In this document: positions 1 to 9,213 of the stretch, piece after piece
How positions within the stretch are numbered: position 1 is the stretch's first letter
Layout: every line of letters starts with the position of its first letter
Assembly (NCBI GenBank): GCA_041639335.1
Contig: JBEQCK010000005.1
Span: 1-44,964 of the forward strand
DNA length: 44,964 nt
Source of the DNA: Novosphingobium sp.
Lineage (GTDB): Bacteria; Pseudomonadota; Alphaproteobacteria; Sphingomonadales; Sphingomonadaceae
Direction of reading: 5' to 3'
Position numbers and translations under genes: made by a program
The notes under the pieces: generated by a model
Database searches by the model: none
What the model was told of the DNA's origin: nothing
What the model saw: only the letters and a program-made list of their open reading frames with translations

Positions 1-54
1 AGCGCTACGTTTTCCATGGCGGCGCCCTAACGGAAAGCGGCCTCCAAGAAAACC

Positions 55-441
55 TCAAGCTTTGCCAGAATCGGACCCCAACTCTGTCAGCCAGCGAAAA
101 CCGGTCACCGGAATCATGGCAACGAGGATCGCCGCGCTGTCCGCCACCCAGTCACGCCAATCCGAGTCGCGGTGAAGGACCGGGATCAACTGCACCACTT
201 CGATGCCGGCCCCGACAACCGAAAGCCACAACGCGGCACGCAGCAATGATGCCTTCGGCCAGCCCACGCCAGCGAGCAGCGAGAGCGTGAAGAACGCCAG
301 CATGTGCGCGAACTTGTCGCCCAGATTATCGATCGGCAGGCTCGGCGGCTTGGGCAAGACTGCCATGACCAGCGCGAACACGAACGCTGGCCAGAAAGCC
401 AGCCGCGCAATGCGGGAGAGGAGGTCAATCAGGCGCTGCAT
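55..441 (-). CDS. VanZ-like small membrane protein
   Basis: 128 aa, four hydrophobic segments, DKxxH-x2-AF, E-x2-Q and R-x5-D-x3-D motifs typical of VanZ-like proteins. Confidence 0.7.
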   Translation of the reverse strand: MQRLIDLLSRIARLAFWPAFVFALVMAVLPKPPSLPIDNLGDKFAHMLAFFTLSLLAGVGWPKASLLRAALWLSVVGAGIEVVQLIPVLHRDSDWRDWVADSAAILVAMIPVTGFRWLTELGSDSGKA

Positions 442-550
442 CGCCAGCCGCTATGCTTTGCCCTTGCCCGGCAGGCAAGCTGCCACTCTCGATCAGCCAC
501 TGGCACTCAGCCACTGGCACTCGGCAGCAAACCGGATATGAATGCGCATC

Positions 551-1483
551 ATGAGCGATCAGACATCAGCATCGACCGGGGCAGCAACTGCCCCCGCAAA
601 CGTTTCCTTCCTTGGTCTTGGCGTGATGGGTGGCGCGATGGCGCGGCATCTCGGCCAAGCGGGACACACCCTCACGATCTACAATCGCACCACCGCGCGT
701 GCCGAAGCCTGGGCGGCGGCCAATCCCGGGATTTCCGTCCGCATCGCCACCAGCCCTGCCGAGGCTGCTGAAGGCGCCGATGCCGTCATCACTTGCGTCG
801 GCAACGACGATGATCTCGCCGATGTTGTGCTCAGCCCGAACGGCGTGTTCTCGACCCTGAAGCGCGGCGCGCTCTACATCGATCACACCACAGTCTCGGC
901 CCGCATCGCGCGGCAGATCGCGGTCGAGGGGCGCGACAAGGAACTGCTCTGCGTCGATGCCCCCGTGACCGGCGGGCAGTCGGGCGCGGAAGCGGGCACG
1001 CTTGCCATCATGTGCGGCGGCAGCGCCAAGGCGGTCGATGCCGCGCGTCCCATCCTGGCAGCTTATGCCAAGCGCGTCGTCCATGTCGGCAAGTCCGGTG
1101 CCGGGCAGACCGCCAAGATGGCCAACCAGATGTGCATCGCGGGCACGCTTGCCGGCCTGTCCGAAGCGATCCGCTTTGCCCAGATCGCCCATCTCGATCT
1201 CGACAAGGTATTCGAGGCGATCTCGGGCGGCGCTGCGCAGTCGTGGCAGATGGACAACCGTTTCCACACCATGGCCAAGGACGAATTCGACTTCGGCTTC
1301 GCGGTTGACTGGATGCGCAAGGATCTCGGCCTCGCCATGGACGAGGCGCGGAACCTTGGCGCCAGCGTCCCGGTCACGGCGCTGGTCGACCAGTTCTACG
1401 TCGACGTGCAGGCCATGGGCCATGGGCGTGAGGATACTTCGGCGCTGATCCGTCGCCTTCCGCGCCGGGCCAAGAAGGCATGA
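551..1483 (+). CDS. NAD(P)-dependent beta-hydroxyacid dehydrogenase (3-hydroxyisobutyrate / tartronate semialdehyde reductase family)
   Basis: FLGLGVMG Rossmann motif, DAPVTGG, K-x2-N-Q, F-x6-KD-L; start 542 or 551. Confidence 0.88.
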   Translation: MSDQTSASTGAATAPANVSFLGLGVMGGAMARHLGQAGHTLTIYNRTTARAEAWAAANPGISVRIATSPAEAAEGADAVITCVGNDDDLADVVLSPNGVFSTLKRGALYIDHTTVSARIARQIAVEGRDKELLCVDAPVTGGQSGAEAGTLAIMCGGSAKAVDAARPILAAYAKRVVHVGKSGAGQTAKMANQMCIAGTLAGLSEAIRFAQIAHLDLDKVFEAISGGAAQSWQMDNRFHTMAKDEFDFGFAVDWMRKDLGLAMDEARNLGASVPVTALVDQFYVDVQAMGHGREDTSALIRRLPRRAKKA

Positions 1484-3168
1484 AGCGCCTCACGCTCGCC
1501 GCCTTTCTTCTAGCCACCGCTCCGGCGGCCTACGCCGATACCCTGATCGACAACGTGCGCGGCACCACGATTGGCGCCGATGGCCGGGTAGAGCAGTTCA
1601 CCGGCCTCCTTTTCGACAGCACAGGTATCGTCACGCGCGTCATACACGCCGGGGACAAGAAGCCGAAGCCGCGCAAGGAATACCAGTACCACATCGACGG
1701 CAAGGGCCGGGTCATGCTACCGGGCATGATCGATGCGCACGTCCACGTGATGGACATCGGCTTTGCCGCGTTGAGCCTCGACCTTTCCGACACGACCTCG
1801 CTGGCCGACGCTCTCAACCGGATTGCCAAGTTCAGCGCCGAACACCCTGATCGGCCGTGGATCATCGGACGTGGCTGGAATCAGGAAAAGTGGCAGCTTG
1901 GCCGCTTCCCCACCGCTGCCGAACTTGACGCGGTTACTGGCGGAAGGCCGGTCTGGTTGCAGCGCGTGGATGGCCACGCTGGGTGGGCCAACAGCGCGGC
2001 GCTAAAGGCTGCAGGCGTCACGGCTGCGACCAGGGATCCGGCAGGCGGTAGCATCGATCGTGCCGCCGACGGCTCCCCGCGCGGCGTGCTCGTCGATGCC
2101 GCGATGGAACTGATCGAGGCAAAGGTTCCCGCGCCACGCCCCGAAGACCGCGATCTGGCGCTCGCCAACGCCCAGCAGATCCTGTTCAAGCGCGGCGTCA
2201 CCGCCGTGGCCGACATGAGCACCGGGATCGAGGACTGGCAGGCCTACCGCCGCGCCGGCGATGCCAACAAGCTCTATGTCCGGATCATGGCCTACGCCCG
2301 CGGACCTGAGCAGATGGTTCTGATCGGCGGCCCCGGCCCCTCCCCCTGGCTGTATCAGGACCGGCTCCGGCTCAACGGCGTGAAGCTCTATGTCGATGGT
2401 GCCTTGGGATCGCGTGGCGCCTGGCTGAAGGCACCTTATGCCGATGCACCCGCCACGCGCGGTCTCCCGCAACTGAACCAGACCCAGCTCGGCAACCTGA
2501 TGAGCCGTGCGGCGATGGACAACTTCCAGGTCGCGATCCACGCCATCGGTGATCAGGCCAACGCCACCGTCATCGGCGCAATCGCGGACCTTTCGGAGAC
2601 CTACAAGGGCGACCGGCGCTGGCGCATCGAACATGCCCAGATCGTCGATCCGAAGGACATCGCCCGTTTCGCGGCGAGCGGTGCCATCGCCTCGATGCAA
2701 CCGACCCACCAGACATCCGACCGCGTGATGGCCGAAGCGCGGCTCGGCCCTGATCGCCTGGCCGGCGCCTATCCGTGGAAGTCGCTCAAGGCCGCTGGCG
2801 TGCGTCTTGCCTTCGGGTCCGACGCTCCGGTCGAACTGGCGGACCCGTGGGCCGGGCTTGCCGCGGCCGTCAGCCGTCAGGGACCGGACGATCAACCCCC
2901 GGGGGGCTGGCAGCCGCAGGAGCGCGTGACGCCTGCCGAAGCACTGGCGGCCTACACCGCCGACGCGGCCTATGCCGGATTTGCCGAAAGAAAGTTTGGC
3001 CGCCTTGCGCCTGGCCTTCGCGCAGACTTCGTGCTGGTCGATACCGATCCACTCACCGCAAATCCCGCACAGCTCAGGGCGACGAAAGTCATCGAAACGT
3101 GGATCGGCGGGGGCATGGTCTGGTCTGCCGAAAAAGGGCTGGAAACCGAAACGCCTTCAAAGCGTTAG
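1480..3168 (+). CDS. Exported metal-dependent amidohydrolase (YtcJ-like, amidohydrolase_3)
   Basis: Signal peptide; PGMIDAHVH, K-LYVDGALGSRGA, HAIGD, RIEHAQ and FGSDAP motifs; 4-bp overlap with upstream gene. Confidence 0.88.
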   Translation: MKRLTLAAFLLATAPAAYADTLIDNVRGTTIGADGRVEQFTGLLFDSTGIVTRVIHAGDKKPKPRKEYQYHIDGKGRVMLPGMIDAHVHVMDIGFAALSLDLSDTTSLADALNRIAKFSAEHPDRPWIIGRGWNQEKWQLGRFPTAAELDAVTGGRPVWLQRVDGHAGWANSAALKAAGVTAATRDPAGGSIDRAADGSPRGVLVDAAMELIEAKVPAPRPEDRDLALANAQQILFKRGVTAVADMSTGIEDWQAYRRAGDANKLYVRIMAYARGPEQMVLIGGPGPSPWLYQDRLRLNGVKLYVDGALGSRGAWLKAPYADAPATRGLPQLNQTQLGNLMSRAAMDNFQVAIHAIGDQANATVIGAIADLSETYKGDRRWRIEHAQIVDPKDIARFAASGAIASMQPTHQTSDRVMAEARLGPDRLAGAYPWKSLKAAGVRLAFGSDAPVELADPWAGLAAAVSRQGPDDQPPGGWQPQERVTPAEALAAYTADAAYAGFAERKFGRLAPGLRADFVLVDTDPLTANPAQLRATKVIETWIGGGMVWSAEKGLETETPSKR

Positions 3169-3228
3169 GGTGGCGACGCGGAAGGCTTGGGGGCGCTCTT
3201 TCCGGATGCTGCCCAACGGCTGCGTCGC

Positions 3229-3253
3229 GGAACCCGCCCTCTCACCCAAGGTT
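3229..3253 (+). promoter_or_regulatory. Candidate sigma-EcfG (general stress) promoter
   Basis: GGAAC-N17-GTT in an intergenic region. Confidence 0.4.
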
Positions 3254-3288
3254 TCGCGAGTCCCGATGGGCTCTGATTACCGAGTACC

Positions 3289-3320
3289 GAAACGGGGGCC
3301 TGACCGCCCCCGTTTCTTTC
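3289..3320. terminator. Intrinsic terminator between convergent amidohydrolase and tatC
   Basis: GAAACGGGGGC-N6-GCCCCCGTTTC followed by TTTC. Confidence 0.8.
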
Positions 3321-3322
3321 TT

Positions 3323-4141
3323 TCAGGGCAGGAGGGGCGGTGTCTCGCCTGCGGCCAGTGCCGCAGCCTCGGCTTCTTCCTCGGCCCTGCGCTTTGCGTC
3401 GGCCTTTTCGGTGAAGCGCATGAGCAGCAGCGTTCCCTCGAACAGGATCAGCAGCGGAATTGCCAGCATCAACTGCGAGACGACATCGGGCGGCGTTGCC
3501 ACCGTCGCCACGGCAAAGATCACCACGATTGCATAGCGCCGCGCCTTGACCAGCTGGTCCCGGCTGACGATCCCCGCGCGGTTCAGCAGCATCAGCAGCA
3601 CCGGCAGCAGGAAGCTGATCCCGAAGGCGAGGATGAACTGCATCACCAGGCTCAGGTAATCGCCCGTGCCCGGCAGCGCCTCGAGTTGCAGGCCGCCCTT
3701 GTTGCCTTCAAAACCCAGGAACCATTTGAACGCGGTCGGCATCACCACGAAGTAGGCAAGGCTTGCGCCTGCGGAGAACAGTACCGGCGTAGCCAACAGG
3801 AAGGGCAGGAACGCCCGCTTCTCGCGCGCATAGAGACCCGGCGCGACGAATGCCCAGAGCTGGTTGGCGATTACCGGGAAGCTGACGAAGAAAGCCGCGA
3901 ACATCGAAACCTTGAGCTCCACGAAGAACGCCTCGTAAAGCTTGGTGTAGATCAGCTTGCCCTGCCCCGGCGGAAAGGCATGGACCAGCGGTTGCGCCAG
4001 CAGCGCGAAAATGTCGTCGGCAAAGTAGAAGCTGACCGCAAAGGCAATCGCCAGCGCATAGACACAGCGCAGCAGGCGGGTGCGCAGTTCCAGCAGATGG
4101 TCGAGCAGCGGGGCCTGCGTCTCGTCGATGTCCGAGATCAT
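3323..4141 (-). CDS. tatC: Twin-arginine translocase subunit TatC
   Basis: PLLDHLLELRTRL, QLWAFVAPGLY, TPPD motifs; six TM segments. Confidence 0.97.
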   Translation of the reverse strand: MISDIDETQAPLLDHLLELRTRLLRCVYALAIAFAVSFYFADDIFALLAQPLVHAFPPGQGKLIYTKLYEAFFVELKVSMFAAFFVSFPVIANQLWAFVAPGLYAREKRAFLPFLLATPVLFSAGASLAYFVVMPTAFKWFLGFEGNKGGLQLEALPGTGDYLSLVMQFILAFGISFLLPVLLMLLNRAGIVSRDQLVKARRYAIVVIFAVATVATPPDVVSQLMLAIPLLILFEGTLLLMRFTEKADAKRRAEEEAEAAALAAGETPPLLP

Positions 4142-4539
4142 GGCAGCGGCGCTTCCGGTCTGGCGGTCTTTTCCTCAGGCGGCATCGGCCCGATCATCAC
4201 CGGATCGGCAGGCGCATCCGAAGGAAGCGGGTTCGGGAACGGATCGTTCTGATCCTCGGCGGCAGCCACCGTCTGGCCCTGCGCGGCGGCGGCGGCTTCC
4301 TGGGCCGCGGTCTCACGCATGATCCGCTCGTTCTGTTCCTTCCACTTGCGCTCCATCTCCTCCATTTCCGCCTCGCGGATCATGGTCTCGATGCCGGACT
4401 TGAAGTGGTTGGAGACGCGACGCATCTTCGCCACCCACCGCCCTGCGGTACGCAGCGCCATCGGCAGGTCCTTCGGGCCGATCACCACGATCGCCACGAT
4501 GACCAGCACCAGAAGTTCGGACGCGCCGATGTCGAACAC
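4138..4539 (-). CDS. tatB: Twin-arginine translocase subunit TatB
   Basis: MFDIGASELLV...VIGPKDLP N-terminus; between tatA and tatC. Confidence 0.96.
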   Translation of the reverse strand: MFDIGASELLVLVIVAIVVIGPKDLPMALRTAGRWVAKMRRVSNHFKSGIETMIREAEMEEMERKWKEQNERIMRETAAQEAAAAAQGQTVAAAEDQNDPFPNPLPSDAPADPVMIGPMPPEEKTARPEAPLP

Positions 4540-4566
4540 GGCCCTGTCGCCTTGTCTTACAGGAGC

Positions 4567-4806
4567 TTACTGGGCCTGATCGGTCGAAGTCGGCGTGGGC
4601 GCAGGGGCAGGAGGCGGCACCTGCTGCTGCTGGATCTGCGCAGGCGGCGGCGTGACCGGCTTGTTGTCCTCGTCGTTCATGCCCTGCTTGAAGCTTTTGA
4701 TGCCCTTGCCGAAATCGCCCATCATTTCGGAAATGCGGCCACGGCCGAACAGGACCAGCACGACCAGCGCAAGCACGATCAGGTGCGGAAGGGAAAGACC
4801 ACCCAT
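4567..4806 (-). CDS. tatA: Twin-arginine translocase subunit TatA
   Basis: TM helix ending LFG, then amphipathic [12 protein letters not shown]; RBS AAAGGAG before ATG at 4806. Confidence 0.96.
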   Translation of the reverse strand: MGGLSLPHLIVLALVVLVLFGRGRISEMMGDFGKGIKSFKQGMNDEDNKPVTPPPAQIQQQQVPPPAPAPTPTSTDQAQ

Positions 4807-4872
4807 GTCACTAACTCCTTTGCGTTCCCTAGATAGGGACCGCGCGCCCCACATGCCAGTTTTTCCGTCGCG

Positions 4873-5484
4873 TCAGTCGGCGTCTTCCCCGCCTGACGGA
4901 ACTTTCGGCTCCGTGTCCCCATCCTCGCCGCCCGTCAAGACGGCAAACGCCTCTTCGACCGGGTCGAGCAGCCCGGCAGCGCGCAATTCCTCGATTCCCG
5001 GCAGGTCGCGCCGCGAACCCAGGCCGAAGTGCGTGAGGAATTCCGGCGTCGTCGCGTAGATCGTCGGCCTCCCCGGCACCTCTCGCCGCCCGGCAATGCG
5101 AATCCAGCCCGCCTCCAGCAGCACATCCAGCGTGCCCTTGGCGGTCTGCACGCCGCGAATCGCCTCGATCTCGGCACGGCTGACGGGTTCGTGGTAGGCA
5201 ACGATCGCCAGCGCCTCGGTCGCAGCCCGGGAAAGCCGGCGCGGCTCTTCCTTTTCGCGGCGCAACAGATGGGCAAGATCGGCCGCCGTCTGGAAGTGCC
5301 AGCGCCCACCGCGCTCCACGAGATTGATCCCGCGCTCGGCATAAGCCTGCGCGAGCGTCGCCAGCACATCGCCGACCGCCGCGCCGCCCAGATGCGCCGA
5401 GATTTCCAGCGCGGTCATCGGCTGCTCGGCGGCAAACAGCGTTGCCTCCACCGCACGTTCAAGATCGCCCGGCCGCTCGGTCAT
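4873..5484 (-). CDS. scpB: SMC-Scp complex subunit ScpB
   Basis: VEATLFA, LSRAATEALAIVAYHEPVSRAEIEAIRGV, GRP-x2-Y-TT-x2-FL-x2-FGL. Confidence 0.96.
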   Translation of the reverse strand: MTERPGDLERAVEATLFAAEQPMTALEISAHLGGAAVGDVLATLAQAYAERGINLVERGGRWHFQTAADLAHLLRREKEEPRRLSRAATEALAIVAYHEPVSRAEIEAIRGVQTAKGTLDVLLEAGWIRIAGRREVPGRPTIYATTPEFLTHFGLGSRRDLPGIEELRAAGLLDPVEEAFAVLTGGEDGDTEPKVPSGGEDAD

Positions 5485-6299
5485 GCCGCTCGTCCTGAGC
5501 TTGTCGAAGGGGCGGCCCTCAGCATCAACGGCCCGAAAGCCTCGTCCTGCGCCAGTTCGGCTCGGCCCTGCTTGGCCAGTTCAAGCGCGGCAAGAAAGCT
5601 CGAGGCCAGGGCAGACCTGCGCAAGGCAGGATCGGCCTCCAGCGGCAGGAACGCCCGCAGGTCGGTCCATTCCACCGCGATGCCCAGCATCTGCGACACC
5701 CGCGCAAGCGCTGCGTCGAGCGTCACCACCGCACGCTCGCGCACCATGTGAACGACTGGCTGGCTGCGCAGCTTGATTGCCCCATAGGCCTGGATCAGCG
5801 AGAACAGATCGGACTTCCACAACGCCTTGCGGTCAACGCGAAGGCCCTCGGGGCGGCCCCGCAGGAACACGTCGCGGCCGGTGCGGTCCCGCCCCATCAG
5901 CCGCGCGCCTGCCTCGCGCATCGCACCCAGGCGCTGCAGCCGCAATTGCAGCTTGAGCGCCAGTTCCTCCGGACTCGGTTGCACCTCGGGATCGCGCGGC
6001 AGCAGCAGCAATGACTTGAGATAGGCCAGCCACGCCGCCATCACCAGATAGTCCGCCGCCAGCTCCAGCTTCAGCGCCTTGGCACGATCGATGTAGTCGA
6101 GATACTGGCCGACCAGCTCGAGGATCGAGATCGTGCGCAGATCGACCTTCTGTCGCCGCGCCAGTTCCAGCAGCAGGTCAAGCGGCCCTTCCCAGCCATC
6201 AAGCTCGAGGTAGAGCGCCGCGTCGCCGGTCGGTGTGGTAGCAATGCCGTCCCAGGCTTCGTCGCCGTCAAACAGTGCAGGTTCGACGACGTCTGCCAT
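5481..6299 (-). CDS. scpA: Segregation/condensation protein ScpA (kleisin)
   Basis: WEGPLDLLLEL, AADYLVMAAWLAYLKS, FLAALEL. Confidence 0.95.
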   Translation of the reverse strand: MADVVEPALFDGDEAWDGIATTPTGDAALYLELDGWEGPLDLLLELARRQKVDLRTISILELVGQYLDYIDRAKALKLELAADYLVMAAWLAYLKSLLLLPRDPEVQPSPEELALKLQLRLQRLGAMREAGARLMGRDRTGRDVFLRGRPEGLRVDRKALWKSDLFSLIQAYGAIKLRSQPVVHMVRERAVVTLDAALARVSQMLGIAVEWTDLRAFLPLEADPALRRSALASSFLAALELAKQGRAELAQDEAFGPLMLRAAPSTSSGRAA

Positions 6300-7315
6300 C
6301 AGGCGAGTTCCAGCAACTGGTCACGCGTGGCGATCAACGCGGCCTGTGCGGAAAGATCGGCAGGCCCGTCAAACGCCGCCGTGCCCCGCAAGGCGCGCTC
6401 CAGCCGCTCCGCCGTCTTCGCACTCATCGGCGTGAGACCCTCGGCAATGCCGATCATGTCGTCCATCTTCGCCCAGCAATTGAGCGCCAGGTCGCACCCC
6501 GCCGCCTGCGCAAGGACGGCGCGTTCGGGCACTGTGCCGCCGAGCGCCTGCATATCGAGATCATCGGTCAACAGCAGACCGTCAAAGCCGATCGCCTTGC
6601 GGATCACCTCGCCGATCACGAAGGCCGATAGCGTCGCAGGATTTTCGGCATCCCACGCGGTAAACCGCAGATGCCCGGTCATTGCAATCGGCGCATCCTT
6701 CAGCGTGCGGAACGGAGCGAGGTCCAGTTCCAGCTCTTCCGCACTCGCCGTAACAACCGGAGTTTCCTTGTGGCTGTCGACCATCGACCGGCCATGGCCC
6801 GGCATATGCTTGACCACGCCAGCCACGCCCGCCCGCGCCAGCCCGTCAAGCGTTGCCCGGCCCAGCGCTGCCACGCGCATCGGCTCGGAACCCAAAGCAC
6901 GGTCGCCAATCACGTCATGCGCACCGGGCTGGCGCACATCGAGCAGCGGCAGGCAATCGACGCTGACACCCACCTCGGCCAGATCGAGCCCCAGCGCATG
7001 GGCATTGGCTCGTGCCGCCTCGATCGCGCTGGCGGGGGCCACGTCGTATAGCCGGTCAAAGCGCTCGCCCGGCGGGTAAGCCGCCCAGACCGGCGGCTTC
7101 ATCCGCGCAACGCGCCCGCCTTCCTGATCGATGCAGATGAAGGTGCGGTCCCGCCCGTGCAGCGCGCGCAGTTCATCGGTGAGCGCACGGACCTGCCCGC
7201 GGCTTTCGACATTGCGCCCGAACAGGATGTACCCCGCCGGGTCCGCATCGCGAAAGAAGGCGCGCTCGTCATCGGTCAGGGTCAGGCCCGAAAGCCCGAA
7301 GATCGCTGGCAGCAT
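6299..7315 (-). CDS. nagZ: Beta-N-acetylhexosaminidase (GH3, NagZ)
   Basis: IDQEGGRVAR, KHMPGHG-x4-DSH, TDDLDM; ATG at 7315 preferred, open frame extends to 7369. Confidence 0.92.
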   Translation of the reverse strand: MLPAIFGLSGLTLTDDERAFFRDADPAGYILFGRNVESRGQVRALTDELRALHGRDRTFICIDQEGGRVARMKPPVWAAYPPGERFDRLYDVAPASAIEAARANAHALGLDLAEVGVSVDCLPLLDVRQPGAHDVIGDRALGSEPMRVAALGRATLDGLARAGVAGVVKHMPGHGRSMVDSHKETPVVTASAEELELDLAPFRTLKDAPIAMTGHLRFTAWDAENPATLSAFVIGEVIRKAIGFDGLLLTDDLDMQALGGTVPERAVLAQAAGCDLALNCWAKMDDMIGIAEGLTPMSAKTAERLERALRGTAAFDGPADLSAQAALIATRDQLLELA

Positions 7316-7382
7316 GGCTTTGAACTTGCGGTTTTCGGGCACTTTGACAACCCTTCCCGGCTCACTCACCGGGGATAATTCA

Positions 7383-8030
7383 TCAGCTTGCCACCGGCAT
7401 GAGTACAGGCCCGATCATGTGCGCGATGGCGCGCTCGATCCAGGCCTCGTCGGATGGCTCGGCACCGGTCATGCTGCGCACAAGCTCGGCATTGCCAAAT
7501 GTGATCAGCGCGGACCCGATCAGGCTGAAATAGGCCACCTCGGGCCCTGCCCCGGCCAGCCGCCCCTGCCTTGCCAGCGCTTCGAACAGGGGGGCAAGCA
7601 GTTCCCAGACTGGGCGTCCGAATGTATCGACAAGCCATTCGTGGCGCTCGGACGCGATGGAGAATTCCTGCAACATCAGCCGCGTCAGACGTGGCTCCTC
7701 GGCGAACGTGCGCAGGAAACCGGGCAACACGCGCCGGGCAGTGGCAACCGCGTCAACAAGCGAGTCTCCGGCCAGATTCTCTCGCAGATGGGCCTCTCCC
7801 TTGCGCGCAAAGGCGTCCAGAACCTGCCGCCACAGCATGAGCTTGGTGGGGAAGTAGTAGGCCAGATGCCCCTGCTCGATCCCGGCGGCCGCGGCAATCG
7901 CCCGCGTGCTGGCGGCAGCGAACCCGACCTCGGAAAACACCCGCAACGCTGCCTCGAGCACGACGCGGCGGTTCTCCTCCCCATCATAGCGGGCAGGCTT
8001 GAGGATCTGGTTCTTCGCGTTGTGCTTCAT
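7383..8030 (-). CDS. TetR/AcrR family regulator
   Basis: AALRVFSEVGF-x2-ASTRAIAAAAG-x6-YYFPTK HTH; divergent from the Rieske gene; start uncertain (8030 or 8042). Confidence 0.88.
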   Translation of the reverse strand: MKHNAKNQILKPARYDGEENRRVVLEAALRVFSEVGFAAASTRAIAAAAGIEQGHLAYYFPTKLMLWRQVLDAFARKGEAHLRENLAGDSLVDAVATARRVLPGFLRTFAEEPRLTRLMLQEFSIASERHEWLVDTFGRPVWELLAPLFEALARQGRLAGAGPEVAYFSLIGSALITFGNAELVRSMTGAEPSDEAWIERAIAHMIGPVLMPVAS

Positions 8031-8070
8031 GGCCCTTGGCATGGCCAATGGCCGGCAGGATGGCAAGGCG

Positions 8071-8110
8071 TGTTTGTCGCTTGACAAATATCCTTGTCGA
8101 GCGACAAACA
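8071..8110. promoter_or_regulatory. Double palindromic operator, probably bound by the adjacent TetR, overlapping a TTGACA -35
   Basis: TGTTTGTCGCTTGACAA-N6-TTGTCGAGCGACAAACA; arms 16/17 complementary, each arm itself TTGTC-N4-GACAA. Confidence 0.75.
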
Positions 8111-8144
8111 AAGCAGAGCAGAAACCGATTCATGGGAGCCAGGA

Positions 8145-9191
8145 ATGTACCCGCTGACCACCACGCAGCACTATCCCCGCAATCAGTGGTGGGTCGCCGC
8201 CTACTCGGCCGAGGTCGGGGAAGCGCTGATGATGCGCGAAATTCTGGGGGAGCGCGTGCTGCTCTATCGCACACAAGCCGGAGATGCGGTGGCGATGAGC
8301 GCGATCTGCCCGCACCGCGCCTATCCGCTGGAACAGGGCCAGCGCGTTGGCGATGCGGTACAGTGCGGCTACCACGGTTTCACCTTTGGCCCGGATGGCA
8401 CATGCCTGCGCGTGCCGAGCCAGTCGGGCGTGCCGCAAAAGTCATCGCTGCGCCGCTATCCCGTGGTCGAAACCGCAGGCCTGGTCTGGGTGTGGACCGG
8501 CGATGCCGACAAGGCCAGTTCCGCCCAGTTTCCCGATCTGGGCGCGATGGGGCTTGGCCGCGACGACTGGGCGGTCGAACAGCATGCACTTGTGACGATC
8601 AATGCGCGTTACACCCTGCTGATCGAGAATCTTCTCGATCTGAGCCACGTCAGCTTCATTCACGCTGCGACCATCCCGGGCGGCGAAATGGTTGCCTCGA
8701 TTCCGGTATCGGTCGAGGAAACCGCGCAAAGCATCACAGTTGTCCGCAAGGGGCAGAACCTGCCCGCCAATCCCCTGATAAAGATGCAGTTTCCGGGTCA
8801 GGAAGATCCCGTCAACCAGGACTTCGACGCCGAATACATCTCACCCGCGCTGGTGCGGACCGGCGGCGCCATGTCCGATGCAGCCAGCGGCCGGCCGCTC
8901 GGCACGCAGAACTACATTCACCTGATCACGCCTGCATCGCCAACGCGCGTGCACTACTTCGTGAACACCGCCCGCGACTTTGCCGTGAACAACCCCGCGC
9001 TGGGCCAGATGCAGATCGCCATGGGCACGAAGATCCAGCCGGAAGACATTGCCGCAATCGAGGCAATCGAACTGGTCCTGCAATCGGACGCGACGCTGCC
9101 AACCGAAATCAGCGCCCGGGTCGACAACGGCGCTCTGAAAGTGCGCCGTCGCCTGGAAATGCAGATCAAGAGCGAGCAGGCGACCGCCTAG
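8145..9191 (+). CDS. Rieske non-heme iron oxygenase alpha subunit (VanA / O-demethylase-like)
   Basis: CPH...CGYHG Rieske motif and ENLLDLSHVSFIH mononuclear Fe motif. Confidence 0.88.
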   Translation: MYPLTTTQHYPRNQWWVAAYSAEVGEALMMREILGERVLLYRTQAGDAVAMSAICPHRAYPLEQGQRVGDAVQCGYHGFTFGPDGTCLRVPSQSGVPQKSSLRRYPVVETAGLVWVWTGDADKASSAQFPDLGAMGLGRDDWAVEQHALVTINARYTLLIENLLDLSHVSFIHAATIPGGEMVASIPVSVEETAQSITVVRKGQNLPANPLIKMQFPGQEDPVNQDFDAEYISPALVRTGGAMSDAASGRPLGTQNYIHLITPASPTRVHYFVNTARDFAVNNPALGQMQIAMGTKIQPEDIAAIEAIELVLQSDATLPTEISARVDNGALKVRRRLEMQIKSEQATA

Positions 9192-9213
9192 AACCGCCGG
9201 CAGGTGAACCCGC

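Noticed and set aside
1-17. Possible start of a minus-strand gene (MENVA...) running off the window
   Set aside because: Only five codons visible; cannot be identified
2972-4252. 426-aa plus-strand ORF and many similar long ORFs (e.g. 8036-9301, 10955-12187, 19065-20480, 21611-23152, 40543-41589, 43472-44599)
   Set aside because: Antisense or off-frame shadows of well-supported genes, expected in high-GC DNA; no motifs
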